From Chlorokybus atmophyticus (Eukaryota; Plantae; Mesostigma and Chlorokybus algae), in assembly GCA_009103225.1 (NCBI GenBank), contig RHPI01003369.1:1826017-1890016 (forward strand): a DNA stretch of 64,000 nucleotides, read 5' to 3'. The translations under genes and the position numbers were made by a program. The notes below the pieces were generated by a model, which ran no database searches, had not been told where the DNA came from, and was given only the letters and a program-made list of their open reading frames with translations. The first letter of the stretch is position 1, and the number at the start of each line of letters is the position of its first letter. This document shows, piece after piece, positions 23,973-35,474 of the stretch.

Positions 23973-26647
23973 ATGGCTTCCACCAGCGGCCGCACCAGCA
24001 CTCGCTCTCCTCTATCAAGTGAACGCGCGCAAGCCACATTTAACCCTCGCCAGCTGTTCCTCGTGTTGGCAGGCAGCAAGCATGCGGCAGCTTTGCACGA
24101 GCGTGCACGTGACATTGTCGCGAGGGCGGCCGAGGCTCATCCCGACGTGCTGAAGCCGCACGGGGACGGCGCCGCCAAGGCCAACCTCACACACGAGGAG
24201 AGGTATGCACGCGCGATGGCAGCGGCGAAGGTGCTGCTCGATGTGGAGGAGCAGGAGGGATTGGATGCAGACGGCGAGGACAATGCTGTCCTGCGGGAAC
24301 TCATTGCGAATGAAGTGGGCGAAGCATTACCCTTGGATCTGCACAGGTGAGGTTGATGCTCCTGTAAGTTGCCACTGTGTTAGATGTGTGCACATGCGTA
24401 TGCACACGTGTGTGTGCATACACTGGCTCGCACGCCATCATGTGTCTGTGTGGGCGCGCGCATGTACGTGTGCTTCTGTCATTGGGCTTACCGTTTTACT
24501 TCTCAGGTATGTGTTTGGGGCGGCTGTGGAGTCGCAATGCGACGAGAAGCAGGCTGCGTTGTGGGTTCCTCACGTGCGTTCGAGCGCCGTCCTCGGGGCT
24601 TACGCACAGACAGAGTTGGGTCACGGATCTAACGTGCGCGGGATTGAAACCACCGCCACATTCGTTAGAGGAGACAGCACGTTCGACCTCCACACACCCA
24701 CTCTCACCGCGACAAAGTGGTGGCCTGGAGCGTTGGGCAAGACCGCCACGCATGCTGTCGTGTTTGCGCGCCTCATCGATGGCGAGGGCGTGGACCGCGG
24801 CGTGCACCCGTTTATAATTCAGCTGCGTGACATGCAAACCCATGTACCTCTTCGGGGTGTACACGTGGGGGACATCGGCGCCAAGGCCGGCATGAACGGC
24901 GTGGACAACGGCTTTCTGCGCATGAATTGCGTGCGCGTGCCTCGCGACGCACTCCTAGCTCGCTTCGCTTCTGTTGACGTAGATGGAAAGTACCACAAAC
25001 ATATTGGCGCGGACGCGCGTGGAGCGTACCTTACAATGGTGGACGTGCGTGTACGTTTTGTCGAGGGTTCGTGGCTCACGCTAGCGAAAGGCCTCACGAT
25101 CGCCATTCGCTACTCTGCTGTTCGCCGACAAGGCTTCATTGATGACAAGTCTATTGAAGAGAATGCTATTCTGGATTACCGAATGCAGCAGTACAGACTG
25201 CTGCCACTGTTGGCTGCCGCGTGGGCCATGCGCTTTGTTGCGGCGGACCTTCGCAAGCGACACGCGGAGTGTGTGAACGCGTTGAAGAACAGCGCCGATG
25301 CCGCGCTGTTACCGGAGCTTCACGCAGTCAGCTCTGGACTGAAAAGCCTCTGCACGCGCGTCACGGGGGAGGGGCTGGAGACATGCCGCAAGTGCTGCGG
25401 AGGGCACGGTATGTAACCTTCATGTTGTCTCGTGTGCTGGTTCTCACTCACATGTTGTCTCCGTGGTGCGCGCGCGCGCGTGTGTGCCTGCCTGCGTGTC
25501 TGCCTGCATGCTTGTGAGACAGCACATACACGTGCTTGCGCGTATATATATGTACATGTGTGCGTGCGAGGTTCTGTGCGTGTGTGGGTGTGTGGGTGTT
25601 AAAGTCTCTCACTGTACGTCCATTCAGGGTACATGCACGCGAGTGGCTTGCCGGACTTGCATGCGTGGTTCACGCACATGGAGACGGCCGAGGGCGACAA
25701 CCACCTGCTCACGCAGCAGACCGCGCGCTATTTGCTCAAGCAGCTTCGCGCCTTCGACAAGCAGCCCGTCACCAGTGGCGGTGGCAAGTGTGCAGCGCGG
25801 CACGAGTCGGAGCTGCGCGATCCCGCAATATACGTCGCCGCTCATCGCCATCACGCTGCCAGCACCGTCGCACGCTTCACCGCAGTCATCGGCAGCTCAA
25901 GACAGGCTGGCAGAAGTGCTGCCGACTCCTGGAATGATGCGTTGGTGGAGATCTTCCATGCATCCAAGTGAGTGGTTTTGTTGTACATGTTGTGTATGTT
26001 GTGTATGCTGTGAATGTTGGCTAATGAGACTACTGGTTTGTTGTGCAGTGCCTACTGCACCATGCTATTGGTGGAGAGCTTTGTTGGTTCTGTTGATGAT
26101 GCGGTCAAGGTTGTCGATGACGGAGCTCAGGCATCTGCCATCAAGGCGGTTCTGTCGAAGCTCTGCCACTTGTTTGCGCTGCACGCTATTGAGGAACAGG
26201 TATGCACACGCTCTCAGCTTGTTGTTGCACGAGCACGGTATCAACAAGGCAACGATACAGATGGGAGACTATCTGGAGGAAGGCTTCTTCACCCCTCAAC
26301 AGGCACGCGGAGTGCGCAGACAGGTGTGTTGTTAACTTCATGGTTGTTGTGTGGCTCAGTGCTTGACATGATGACAACATCACTCTTCTCTCATCCAGGT
26401 GCGTGCATTGCTGATGGAGATACGCCCGGAAGCAGTTGCATTGGTGGATGGCTTTGGCATTTCCGATTATGCGCTCAATTCTGCATTGGGCCGGAGCGAC
26501 GGCCGCGTTTACGAAGCCCTGTATCAGTCGGCACTGGCGGAGCCCCTCAATGCAAAGGATGTTGTGCCGTCTTACGACACGCACATCAAGCCCATCCTTA
26601 CCCGTGGTGCCGCTAAGCTTGCAACCTTCGGGCATGCGCGGCTGTGA
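23973..26647 (+). CDS. ACX1: Peroxisomal acyl-CoA oxidase (ACX1/ACOX1 type), about 692 aa
   Basis: Exons 23973-24346, 24507-25408, 25628-25967, 26049-26199, 26261-26323, 26399-26647. Motifs: GAYAQTELGHGSNVRGIETTATF, TKWWPGALG, GDIGAKAGMNGVDNGF, AIRYSAVRRQ, CRKCCGGHGY, catalytic EGDN, SALGRSDGRVYE. C-terminal ARL is a PTS1. Confidence 0.95.
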
Positions 26648-27437
26648 CGGCAATGAGTTGAATGGACAGATGCACCATATGTGTCTTGACTGCTGAAATT
26701 GTGAAAAGGAGATGGCAAGCGTGTTCTGTGTGGTCCTCGCATTATTGCAGGAATGTGATATTTGCCGACTGCTGCATGTGTACGCTTTGTCACCGGCAAC
26801 CGTCTACTTGAGTTGACATATGCAAGCTGCTATTGAGTCATTGCACTGTTATTGTCTATGCAAGTACAATACTGGGCATGAATGTACGCGCGCCAGGCAC
26901 TAATTGGCACTTATTGTCCCTCTTGCAGGTTGAAACTAGCTTACGACACATGCGCACGTGATTGATGCAAATAGTAGTGTCCGCATATGTCAAGCACTGG
27001 TTTCCTCCATAAACAATGTGAGCTTGTTTGCTAACCTCAATGGCATGCAGCACACATGCACATTGCATAACGGTGTAAACGCAGACAATGCTGTCACTCG
27101 CCAGCACTGAAACAGTAACAACAACAATTGTATTGTGCGCGAGCAGAAAGTGTTGGTTTGCTGATAGCACAAGTATAACATGACAACTGCGCAACCTGTG
27201 CAGCCAACTTGAGGTGCAGCCCTCATCTGCAGGCCTGCCCGTGCCAAATGTTCTAGCAGCCTTAGCATACTGGCACCACAGTCTCACCAAGCCCCCCTTG
27301 ACAACTTTGAATGCCAAACATATTTGCGCAAGTTGGTCCACTCCGGACCAACATGCTTCAACTTGGAGCGGCAGCAAGTCCATTGATAATGGTCACCAGT
27401 CCTCTGTGTTGTTTTCCCTTCAATTGACAAAAATCAA

Positions 27438-28854
27438 TTAAGCGGCTGCGGGCTGGTCTCCTCCTTTGAGGCCTTTGCCACCAATCTTGCACACGGGGAG
27501 GTCGGGGTACTTGACGGCGAGCTTGCAGACCTCGGGGACAACGAGGTCTTTGTGGAGGACCACGTCGCCCTTCTCCATCTTGGACAGGTCCACCTCAACA
27601 AACTCGGGGATGGTGTGACCAGGACACATGTACGGCACAGCGCGCTTGATTGTGTTGAGAAACCCGCCTGCCACATAGGCATAGTTTGAGAGCAAGACCA
27701 GATGTAGATATTAAGGTAGTACGCATGCGTACATGTGTATGCATGCATGCGCATGTGCACGTATGTGTGCGCGCGCGTGTGCGTGTGAGTGCGCGCGCGT
27801 GTGCGTGTGAGTGCGCGCGCGTGTGCGTGTGAATGCACGCGTGTATGTGTGGGTGTGCGTATGTGCGTGCGTGTGAGCGCGTATGCGAGCGCGTGCGTGT
27901 GGTTGAGCGCGTGGGCGTGGGCGCGCATGTGTGTGTGTGTCCCACCTTTGCGGATGCCAGGGCATGTGTCCTCGCCGACAAAGTTGACAGGCACGTAAAT
28001 CTTGACAAAGGATTCAGGCGGGCAGCGCAGAAAGGTGATGTTGATCGGCTCGTCTGTCACCGTGTTTATGTGCAGCTGGAGGCAGACCATGTGAGTCCCA
28101 ACCCTGCTCAGAGTCTGTGTTGCAACTGAGAAGTAAGTAAGATTAGAAGTACGTACCAAGCGGGGGAGGACGCGCACGGGAGGGCCAACGAGTGGTCCAT
28201 CCGGCCTGCCCTCGCTGATATGCAGGTCAAGCAAGCGACTAAGAAACACGTAGCGCCCTTGCTGCTGCACTCGCCTCACAATCCTGCGCGCGTGTTCATA
28301 ACGTTAACTAACACAGACGAAGCCAAACACACTTGCCATGCATGCGTGCATGGTAACACACAATGCAAGCACACAATGCAAGCTGCAAACAGCACCCACG
28401 TTGTACAGGTTGCTTGCGCTCAGCAGACACTGAATAGCAGATTATCTTTCTGTTCATGATCAACAGCATGCAATGGATGGTCAAACTCTCCCAACAGCAT
28501 TGTGTGAGGCAAGCACAGCTTGACTCACTCATTGCGGTGGACTGCCACAAGGATGTCCTCCTGCCTCTGACCAAACACCACTCCCGGGACAAACCGCCCA
28601 CTCCGCTTGAGCTTCCTCACCGCCGCCGACCCCGCCCCTTCCCTCACCCACGCCGCCAAGCTACTGCTGCTGGATCTCTCCTCCTCCTCCTCCTCTCTCC
28701 CTGCCGCAGCCTCGGCAACCGCAGCGACAGAGGAAAACGAGGACGACAAGTAGGAGGAGGAGGAGGAGGTCGTCGCCCCACCCGCTGATCGCCTCAACAG
28801 CAACCCCGCCGCCCCACGCACAAGCCTCCCGCCGCCGCCGCCGCCGCAGCCCAT
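27438..28854 (-). CDS. Organellar ribosomal protein bL25 (L25/Ctc family), probably mitochondrial
   Basis: Exons 28529-28854, 28157-28283, 27946-28075, 27438-27667. Motifs: REGAGSAAVRKLKRSGRFVPGVVFG, VRVLPRL|LHINTVTDEPINITFLRCP, VPVNFVGEDTCPGIRKGGFLNTIKR, CPGHTIPEFVEVDLS. Arg/Ser/Gly-rich N-terminus resembles a presequence. Confidence 0.9.
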
Positions 28855-28914
28855 GTGCTCCAGCTTGGTGTTAGGGTTGTTGTTGTGGTGGTGCGTGTAA
28901 TTGTGGTTGTTGGC

Positions 28915-30949
28915 ATGGCGGAGCAGCTGATTGGCCGCGGTGGAGGCGGCGGGATGGCTGGGGAGGATGGTGGAGGGGGCGGTCTGCTGGGTGCGGCGAC
29001 CGCCCCGCTGACGTTCCACGACTTCCTGCTGAAGATGCGCCAGCCGGGCGCCGCCGACCTCGTCCGCGCCATACGCAGGTTGGGCCGGGAGCTTAGGGTT
29101 TGGGGAGTGAATGTGTGTAACTGTTGCTGTAATCAAAATGCGTGGAGCCAACTTTAGACACCAACACTTCACGTGCGTTCTCAGCGACTGCCCATTGCGC
29201 AATTGAGAAATGTGCCCAGCTGTTTTCTCATGTGTGTTTGTAAGCGTGCGTGCTGAGTGCTGAGGCATGTAAGGTGTGCGTGTGGGGTTGCGTGCGCACA
29301 CCTTACATGCCTCTCATTGATCCGTGGAAAGAGGAAATTGTGGTGCATGCTACACTTGAGGGGGGGAAAAACAAACCAAAACAACAGAAGGCTCTGGCCA
29401 GTGTCTGTCTCCTGCATTGCCACACGCAATGCCACTCAGCAACGCACAGCCTCGGGTTTATCATTGTTGATTGTGCACAGCATATCCACAAACAACCCTC
29501 CCCTTCGCCTGTAAGTGTTAACAAGTGTGCACACTCGCAGCTTCATCCTGACGTTCACGTCGGTGGCCGGCCCGCGTGACGCCTATCGCGACTCATCCTC
29601 CGTGCAATCCTTCCTCACCGCCACGAAGAATTCCATCCGTGCGCACCCCGTGTGGGCCGGCGCCTCCGAACCCGCCCTTGACGCCGCAGGCGAAGGCCTC
29701 GAAAAGTGAGCACGTGTTGATGTTGTGACAACATGGGATCTGATAGTCATTGTTTCATCAGGTATTTGATGACCAAGTTGCATGATGCGGCGTTTGGTGC
29801 TGCGCCTGGTGATAAAGAGGGGGATGTTGAGCTGGATCGAAGGATGAAAGTGTTGCAGACGTTCCTCAAGCCCGAGCACCTCGACATACCCGCGCGACAC
29901 CACGACCAACAGACCTGGCTGGTACGCACGCAATGAGATGGCTACGGAGAAGGGCTTTTGTAACTGCGCGCACATGTGCGTGTGTGTGCGAGTGCGTGAA
30001 TATGAGTGGACGAGGGCACGGGCAAAGGAGTGCTCATGCAATGCATGCAAGCATGCAGGCGCGTGTGTGTGCGCGCAAGTTATAAGCATGTATGTTGCGT
30101 TGAAAGCGTGAGAGTGTGATTGACCATTCACCCTTTCTTCAGCTGGCGGTGAACGAGCTCTCGCGCATGAACCAGTACAAGGCTCCCCGTGACAAGCTCG
30201 TGTGCATCCTGAACTGCTGTCGCGTGGTGACGAACCTCCTCAATGCCTCCGCCGCGTCCTCCGGCAGCGGCGAACAGCAACAGTCCGCTCCCGGCGCGGA
30301 CGACTTCCTCCCCGTGCTCGTGTACATCACGGTGCAGGCCAACCCGCAGCAGCTTCACTCCAACCTTGAGTACATCGCTCGCTACCGACACGCGCCACGC
30401 CTCGCATCCGAGACGGCGTATTTCTTCACCAACCTCGTGTCGGTGGAGGCTTTTCTGCTGAACCTACACGCGGGGTCGTTTTCTATGGACCCAACGGAGT
30501 TCACACGCCGTATGCGTGACGCGGGCATCGAGATCAACAACAACAGTGATGATACTATGACCAACGACAACAACGCTGATGATGTGCAGCGCACTCCTCG
30601 TGCGCAGCCGTCGCCTGCGTCCCAACGTGTTGTTGCGCGTGATCCCGACGCCGAGGTCGCGCGTCTGACTGCGTTGGGTGCGGCCGTGGTGGTGGAGTCC
30701 GGCAGCGTGCGAAGCAAGCACAAGTATGTGTACGCGGACGCTGGTGATCTTACCGTGGGCGACGCGTACACGCTGCTCGCAGAGTACAAGGAACTGGTGA
30801 TGCGGCTGGAGTCGCTCACAGCCGGCATCAAAGCAGACATGTTGAACACGCCCGCAGAGAGCACCGCACACCCACGCGCCGAGGAAGACTATCATCATCA
30901 CGCACGTGACGACAACCCTCAATCTGCCGACGAACACAACGACGACGAT

Positions 30950-30996
<47 letters not shown>

Positions 30997-31366
30997 ATCT
31001 GGGCGGCTTCAGAGTGCTCTCAGCAATGCTGACTATGAGGCTGCCGTGCGGTCACTCGAGGAGGCTGAGCGTGCGGGAGCGCTCGTGGAGACGGCTGCTG
31101 TGGAGGACGCTGTGGATGGAGTTGGTGTTGATGTGGCTGTTGGTGAAGACGTGTCGGGAGATGTTGGGTTGGAAGATGCTCTGCGAGCTGTTGTTGCGAA
31201 CGAAGCGCGCGCGTCCACGACTGCGAGGAAAGGTATGTTGGATGATGATGAAGATGACGGTGGTGAGGGTGAGGGTGAGGGTGAGGGTGTGTCACATGTT
31301 GCTTCACGCAAAGAGTTGGGTCAGCAGGAATCAGATAGCGAGCATGTAGTAGGAGCTGCGGGATGA
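28915..31366 (+). CDS. VPS9A: VPS9-domain Rab5 guanine-nucleotide exchange factor (plant VPS9a type)
   Basis: Exons 28915-29078, 29541-29705, 29762-29921, 30143-31366. Motifs: TFHDFLLKMRQPGAADLVRAIRSFI, AHPVWAG, GEGLEKYLMTKL, FLKPEHLDIP, KAPRDKLVCILNCC, GADDFLPVLVY, SETAYFFTNL. Start could instead be ATG 28954. Confidence 0.95.
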
Positions 31367-31440
31367 CCAGCTTAGTTGGGTGCTAGCTGCTCGCTGTATA
31401 TTATGCTGTACATTACACCATACATGCAATGTTGTTAGAG

Positions 31441-31693
31441 ACGTGCTCTCTTATGCGGCTTGTGCCATTTTGTTGGATCGCGTGCAATCGGCCTGTGTTT
31501 GAACATGTGCATACAGGCGCTTGGCCTGTGCACACACACCCACATTTACGCGCACACACGCACAGGGACGTGCTCTCTTGTGCGGCTTGTGCTGGATGTT
31601 GGATTGCGTGCAACCGGCCTGTGTTTGAACAACACGTGCATACAGGCGCATGGCCTGTGCACACACACCCACATTTGCGCGCACACATGCACA
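31441..31693. repeat. Two-copy tandem duplication, 127-bp period, just 3' of VPS9
   Basis: ACGTGCTCTCTT(A/G)TGCGGCTTGTGC...GGCCTGTGCACACACACCCACATTT begins at 31441 and again at 31568. Confidence 0.9.
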
Positions 31694-32489
31694 TGCTCAC
31701 ATATGCGAGCCGACACACAACAACCATGTATTCCACTGATGTTGGTTGAGTGCCCTGTAGCAATTCTCCTTTTGTACATGTGTTGCGCATGAATTGCATC
31801 AGTGCTGTATCGCAGCTGTGAGTTCAGCTTCAAGGTTGCCACTTGAGACAGGTGTGAGGACAGTGTCCATCATGTCAGAATGCCCTCACACAACTCTGCA
31901 GGCCCCCATTCCATCCTAGCAATGTCAATAAAAGCTACAACAGTTCCAGTGGACAACTTGCCACGCCTCCACCACAAACTTTTGCAGTCATCCTCAGTGC
32001 TTCAGCACCCAAAACCTATTAAACAACACTCCATACACAGGCTGAAGGCACAGTAGAAGCGGCAGATCTGCCATTTTATTCGGTGGTTGTGTTTGGCTAA
32101 ACGGTAGTATGGTCAGCGAAAAGGGTTGACCAATACACCGTTGGTGTTGTTGTTGTTGTTGTGTCTGTATGTGTCTCTCAAACCTATGGACCTGAGCAGT
32201 CTGCGATGTGGCTTTATGTGCGCCACTCCAGCAGTGCTCAAGCCCATTATTGTATCCTACACTATCTATACAACTGTACAATGCATTTACACCAGCAAAA
32301 AAAAAGGAAACAATGCACAGTACAGTCTCTGACTGCTCGCGTGTGTGGCTCCCGAGCGGGTTTGGTCGTCACACGTCCACGCTGCAGCCTGTGACAGCAG
32401 CACCACGCGGCGAACACACGCTGAAGGCGGGGGGAGATGTACAAGACGTGGGTGGGAGAGAAGGAGGAAGATCATCACCGCCTTCAGAA

Positions 32490-35474
32490 TTAATTAAGGA
32501 GGAACCCGCCGTCGAAGAGAGAAGGCTTGAGCAGCGTGTTGTTAGTGAAGTTGATGTTGTTATCGATGTTGTTAATGTAGTTGTTGTTGTCGAAGATGGC
32601 GGGCTTGATGTCGGCTTGGCACTCGTCGAAGATGCTGGGTTTGATGCCAGCGTACAGCGGGTCCACATCATTGAAGGGTGTGACACAAGTTGGTTTCATG
32701 TCAGCGAGGGACACTAGGCAGTCTGAGCACACAAACTGCGGGGGTGGGGCGAGAGAGTCTTCCGTGATGCCGTTGCAACGCGTGTGTTGCCACACCTCGC
32801 ACACGTCACAACATACCATCCTCTCACCGTCGTCGTCACGCGCACCACATGGGCAACGCACCGTCCAGCTGTCAGCGTCCTCACCCTCGAAGCGCCACGG
32901 CGAGTCCACGTCCTCTCCACAAGCGCGCAAAACCAACACGGGCGGAGGCGAGAGCAGGAGTGGTCCACATGTTGGGTCTCCACTCCCCACCTTCATAGCT
33001 TTGAGCACCCACTCAGCGGGCTCGCCATCACCAAGAGCCTCCAACCCAACGACCGCGTCCACACGTAGTCCACGTAGGGCCGGGTACACGCCTCTGAACG
33101 CGCGCTCGGCCTCGCGCTTGAGCTCACCCAATGTGGCGCACGCCGACACGCTGATCAGCTCCGATGGCGGGGCCACATTGCGCCGGGCTGCGATGCGAGG
33201 GTTGTTGTCCAACATCACCGTGCACGCCACATGATGAACCGCCTCTAAAGTGTGAGAGGGGATGTGGGGTGAGAGTGTGAGATTGGATGATGAAGAGGAG
33301 GAGCAGGAGATGAGGGCGCTGTTGGAAGAGTTGTTGTCATCGTTGTTGGGGGTGGGCACGTCCCCGCGGTAGTCCTTCATGAGGTGTTTGGTGTCGAGAA
33401 TGATGCGGGCCGCCTCGGCAATAGAGGAGAAGTGGCTAACAACAACGTTGGTGCAGAAGGCCGGGGCATAGCTTGCGAGGACGTACTTGTAGATGAGAAG
33501 CATGTCGCGCCACACCTGATCGCGGGAGGGGAGAGCAGGGATAGGTGGCCTTGATGTTGTGGTGGTGGTGGTTGTTATTGCTGGTGAGGAAGAAGGATGC
33601 AGTGTGGCAGCAGCAGCCTCAACTGGGTCAAAGAGAGTGGGATCCTGCAGATGATACTCGAGGACTTTTGTGCGCGTGTTGAAGGCGCGGCGTACAGCAA
33701 CATCCCCAACGATGCGGTTGCCGATGGACTTGAGCACATGGTCGAGGAGGCCCGTGTCACCAATGCGCTGGCGTGCGCCATCCCTTAGCTCTTGCCTTGT
33801 CATGAGTGGCTTCGTCGCCACGCGCAGCACGTCCACAACAACACGCGTGGCGAGCTCCACGCGCTTCGCTGACCACCTGCACGGGGCTGTCCCACTGGCT
33901 GTCGTGGGCTTATTGTGGCTTGTTGTCACGGTTGTCGTGGTTGAACACGTCGGGGAGGATGTTGTGGAGGACGAGGCTGCCTGCACCAGCTTGATGTTGG
34001 TGTCCACATCATTGCCGGCTGTGTCCTTGAGGTGCATCATGTAGCGCAGCAGCTCCCCCAACGTGGCGAGTGTCTGCGGGTGCTCCAGGCGCAGCCCCCA
34101 CGCTGCGTACGCCACGTACGTGTTGATGGTACGACTCACACCCGCGCTCCCGACCACATCCGTGACGCCCTCAAAGTCTTTCAGTATGGCTTGGAGCGGG
34201 GCCGCACGCACAATGTCCACAGCGGTAGCGAAGCAACGTGGCGTGATGCCATAACTCCCTCTCCCAAAGGTGTAGCCCCAACGTGCGAACCAGGGAGCTC
34301 CAAAGGCAGCCGCGTGGAGGAGACGATAATCACACGCGCCGCCGTTGGGTTTAAGCTTGCGTGACACGTCCTCTACGCTGACTTGTCTTGCGCGCACGGT
34401 GGAGCAGAGACGGTCCCACAACTCCATCAGCTGCGTGCCGGACAGGCGAGGGGACCCGCCCTCGCGACCGTTCATGCGAAGAAGGTGACCGAAGCCGTTG
34501 CCGTGAAGAGTGCCGTGAAGGAGGTGGGTCGCGCATTCCAGCGCAGATAAGGAGGAGGACAGACATGCCGGCAGCCATGACGACCCGCATGGCTTGCACG
34601 CCCTGTTTGAGAGACCATCAACATCAGGACCATGGTCATCCATGTCATAAGCACAAGCACCGTACCGTCCCAACGTGGCTGCATGCATGCATGCAAGTCG
34701 GCTGTACGTAAAGTCTACCAGCATGCAAGCCACAAGCCAATCAAAAGCTAGCACGCGGGCAAACGGAATACACAGCCACACATGCGAGGACTGACTCTTC
34801 AGCTGACCGTTGCAACACTGACTGACACCTTGCGCAGCATTGGGGCAATGTTGGCTGCTGACTCGCTCATAACTCAAAGTATGAGGACAGCACATCCATG
34901 CACACCTGACAAGTGAGCCGGGTGCAGCTCGAGGAGATGATGATGGCGCCGCCGTCTGGCATGCGGGGCAGCAGCCGGCGGCGACAGGGGCAACGTGCAC
35001 AGGGTTGGGGATGATGAAGTGGTAGCGGAAGGCTGTGACGGGATGGTCGCCCCAGCCCATCACCTTGCAGTGGTCGCAATGCAGCGGGCGGGAGTGGTGA
35101 GAAGAGAGCGCCATCGCTGCCAGGAGGTTGCCCTTGCGCCGCCTGTCATCCTCTACCGCCTCCGTCAGGTCCTCCTTGTACACCAGCACCTCCACGCCAG
35201 CGGCGTCGTCCACCACCACGCGCCAGCACTGCAGCCCGGGCTCCGCCACATGCAGGGGCTCCCCGAACTGCTGAATGAACGCCTCCACGGCCGTCCTGAA
35301 CGCAGGGCGGCAGGCGCCCGTCCTCGCCGCCCCATCGCCGCCGTCGCCAACGACCTCCACGGGCACACCAGCCACCACGTCGACGGTGAGCGGGCAGCCG
35401 TCCCCGGTGACCGCACGCCGCCGCTGCTTGGCAGGAGGCGGCTCCCCTGCTTGGATCAGCACAGCACTATCCAT
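32490..35474 (-). CDS. MALE STERILITY1 / MMD1(DUET)-like PHD-finger protein
   Basis: Family motifs: CDHCKVMGWG..YHFIIP, HLLHGTLHGNGFGHLLRMNG, LMELWDRLC, YRLLH..AFGAPWFARWGYTFGRGSYG; MMD-type CRWSAKRVELA...LRDGARQRIGDTGLLDHVLK...NTRTKVLEY; PHD VRCPCGARDDDGERMVCCDVCEVWQHTRC. ATG 35474 chosen because the ORF-track start is TTG. Probable in-frame intron(s) at 34679-34905. Confidence 0.92.
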   Translation of the reverse strand: MDSAVLIQAGEPPPAKQRRRAVTGDGCPLTVDVVAGVPVEVVGDGGDGAARTGACRPAFRTAVEAFIQQFGEPLHVAEPGLQCWRVVVDDAAGVEVLVYKEDLTEAVEDDRRRKGNLLAAMALSSHHSRPLHCDHCKVMGWGDHPVTAFRYHFIIPNPVHVAPVAAGCCPACQTAAPSSSPRAAPGSLVRCAWMCCPHTLSYERVSSQHCPNAAQGVSQCCNGQLKSQSSHVWLCIPFARVLAFDWLVACMLVDFTYSRLACMHAATLGRYGACAYDMDDHGPDVDGLSNRACKPCGSSWLPACLSSSLSALECATHLLHGTLHGNGFGHLLRMNGREGGSPRLSGTQLMELWDRLCSTVRARQVSVEDVSRKLKPNGGACDYRLLHAAAFGAPWFARWGYTFGRGSYGITPRCFATAVDIVRAAPLQAILKDFEGVTDVVGSAGVSRTINTYVAYAAWGLRLEHPQTLATLGELLRYMMHLKDTAGNDVDTNIKLVQAASSSTTSSPTCSTTTTVTTSHNKPTTASGTAPCRWSAKRVELATRVVVDVLRVATKPLMTRQELRDGARQRIGDTGLLDHVLKSIGNRIVGDVAVRRAFNTRTKVLEYHLQDPTLFDPVEAAAATLHPSSSPAITTTTTTTSRPPIPALPSRDQVWRDMLLIYKYVLASYAPAFCTNVVVSHFSSIAEAARIILDTKHLMKDYRGDVPTPNNDDNNSSNSALISCSSSSSSNLTLSPHIPSHTLEAVHHVACTVMLDNNPRIAARRNVAPPSELISVSACATLGELKREAERAFRGVYPALRGLRVDAVVGLEALGDGEPAEWVLKAMKVGSGDPTCGPLLLSPPPVLVLRACGEDVDSPWRFEGEDADSWTVRCPCGARDDDGERMVCCDVCEVWQHTRCNGITEDSLAPPPQFVCSDCLVSLADMKPTCVTPFNDVDPLYAGIKPSIFDECQADIKPAIFDNNNYINNIDNNINFTNNTLLKPSLFDGGFLLN

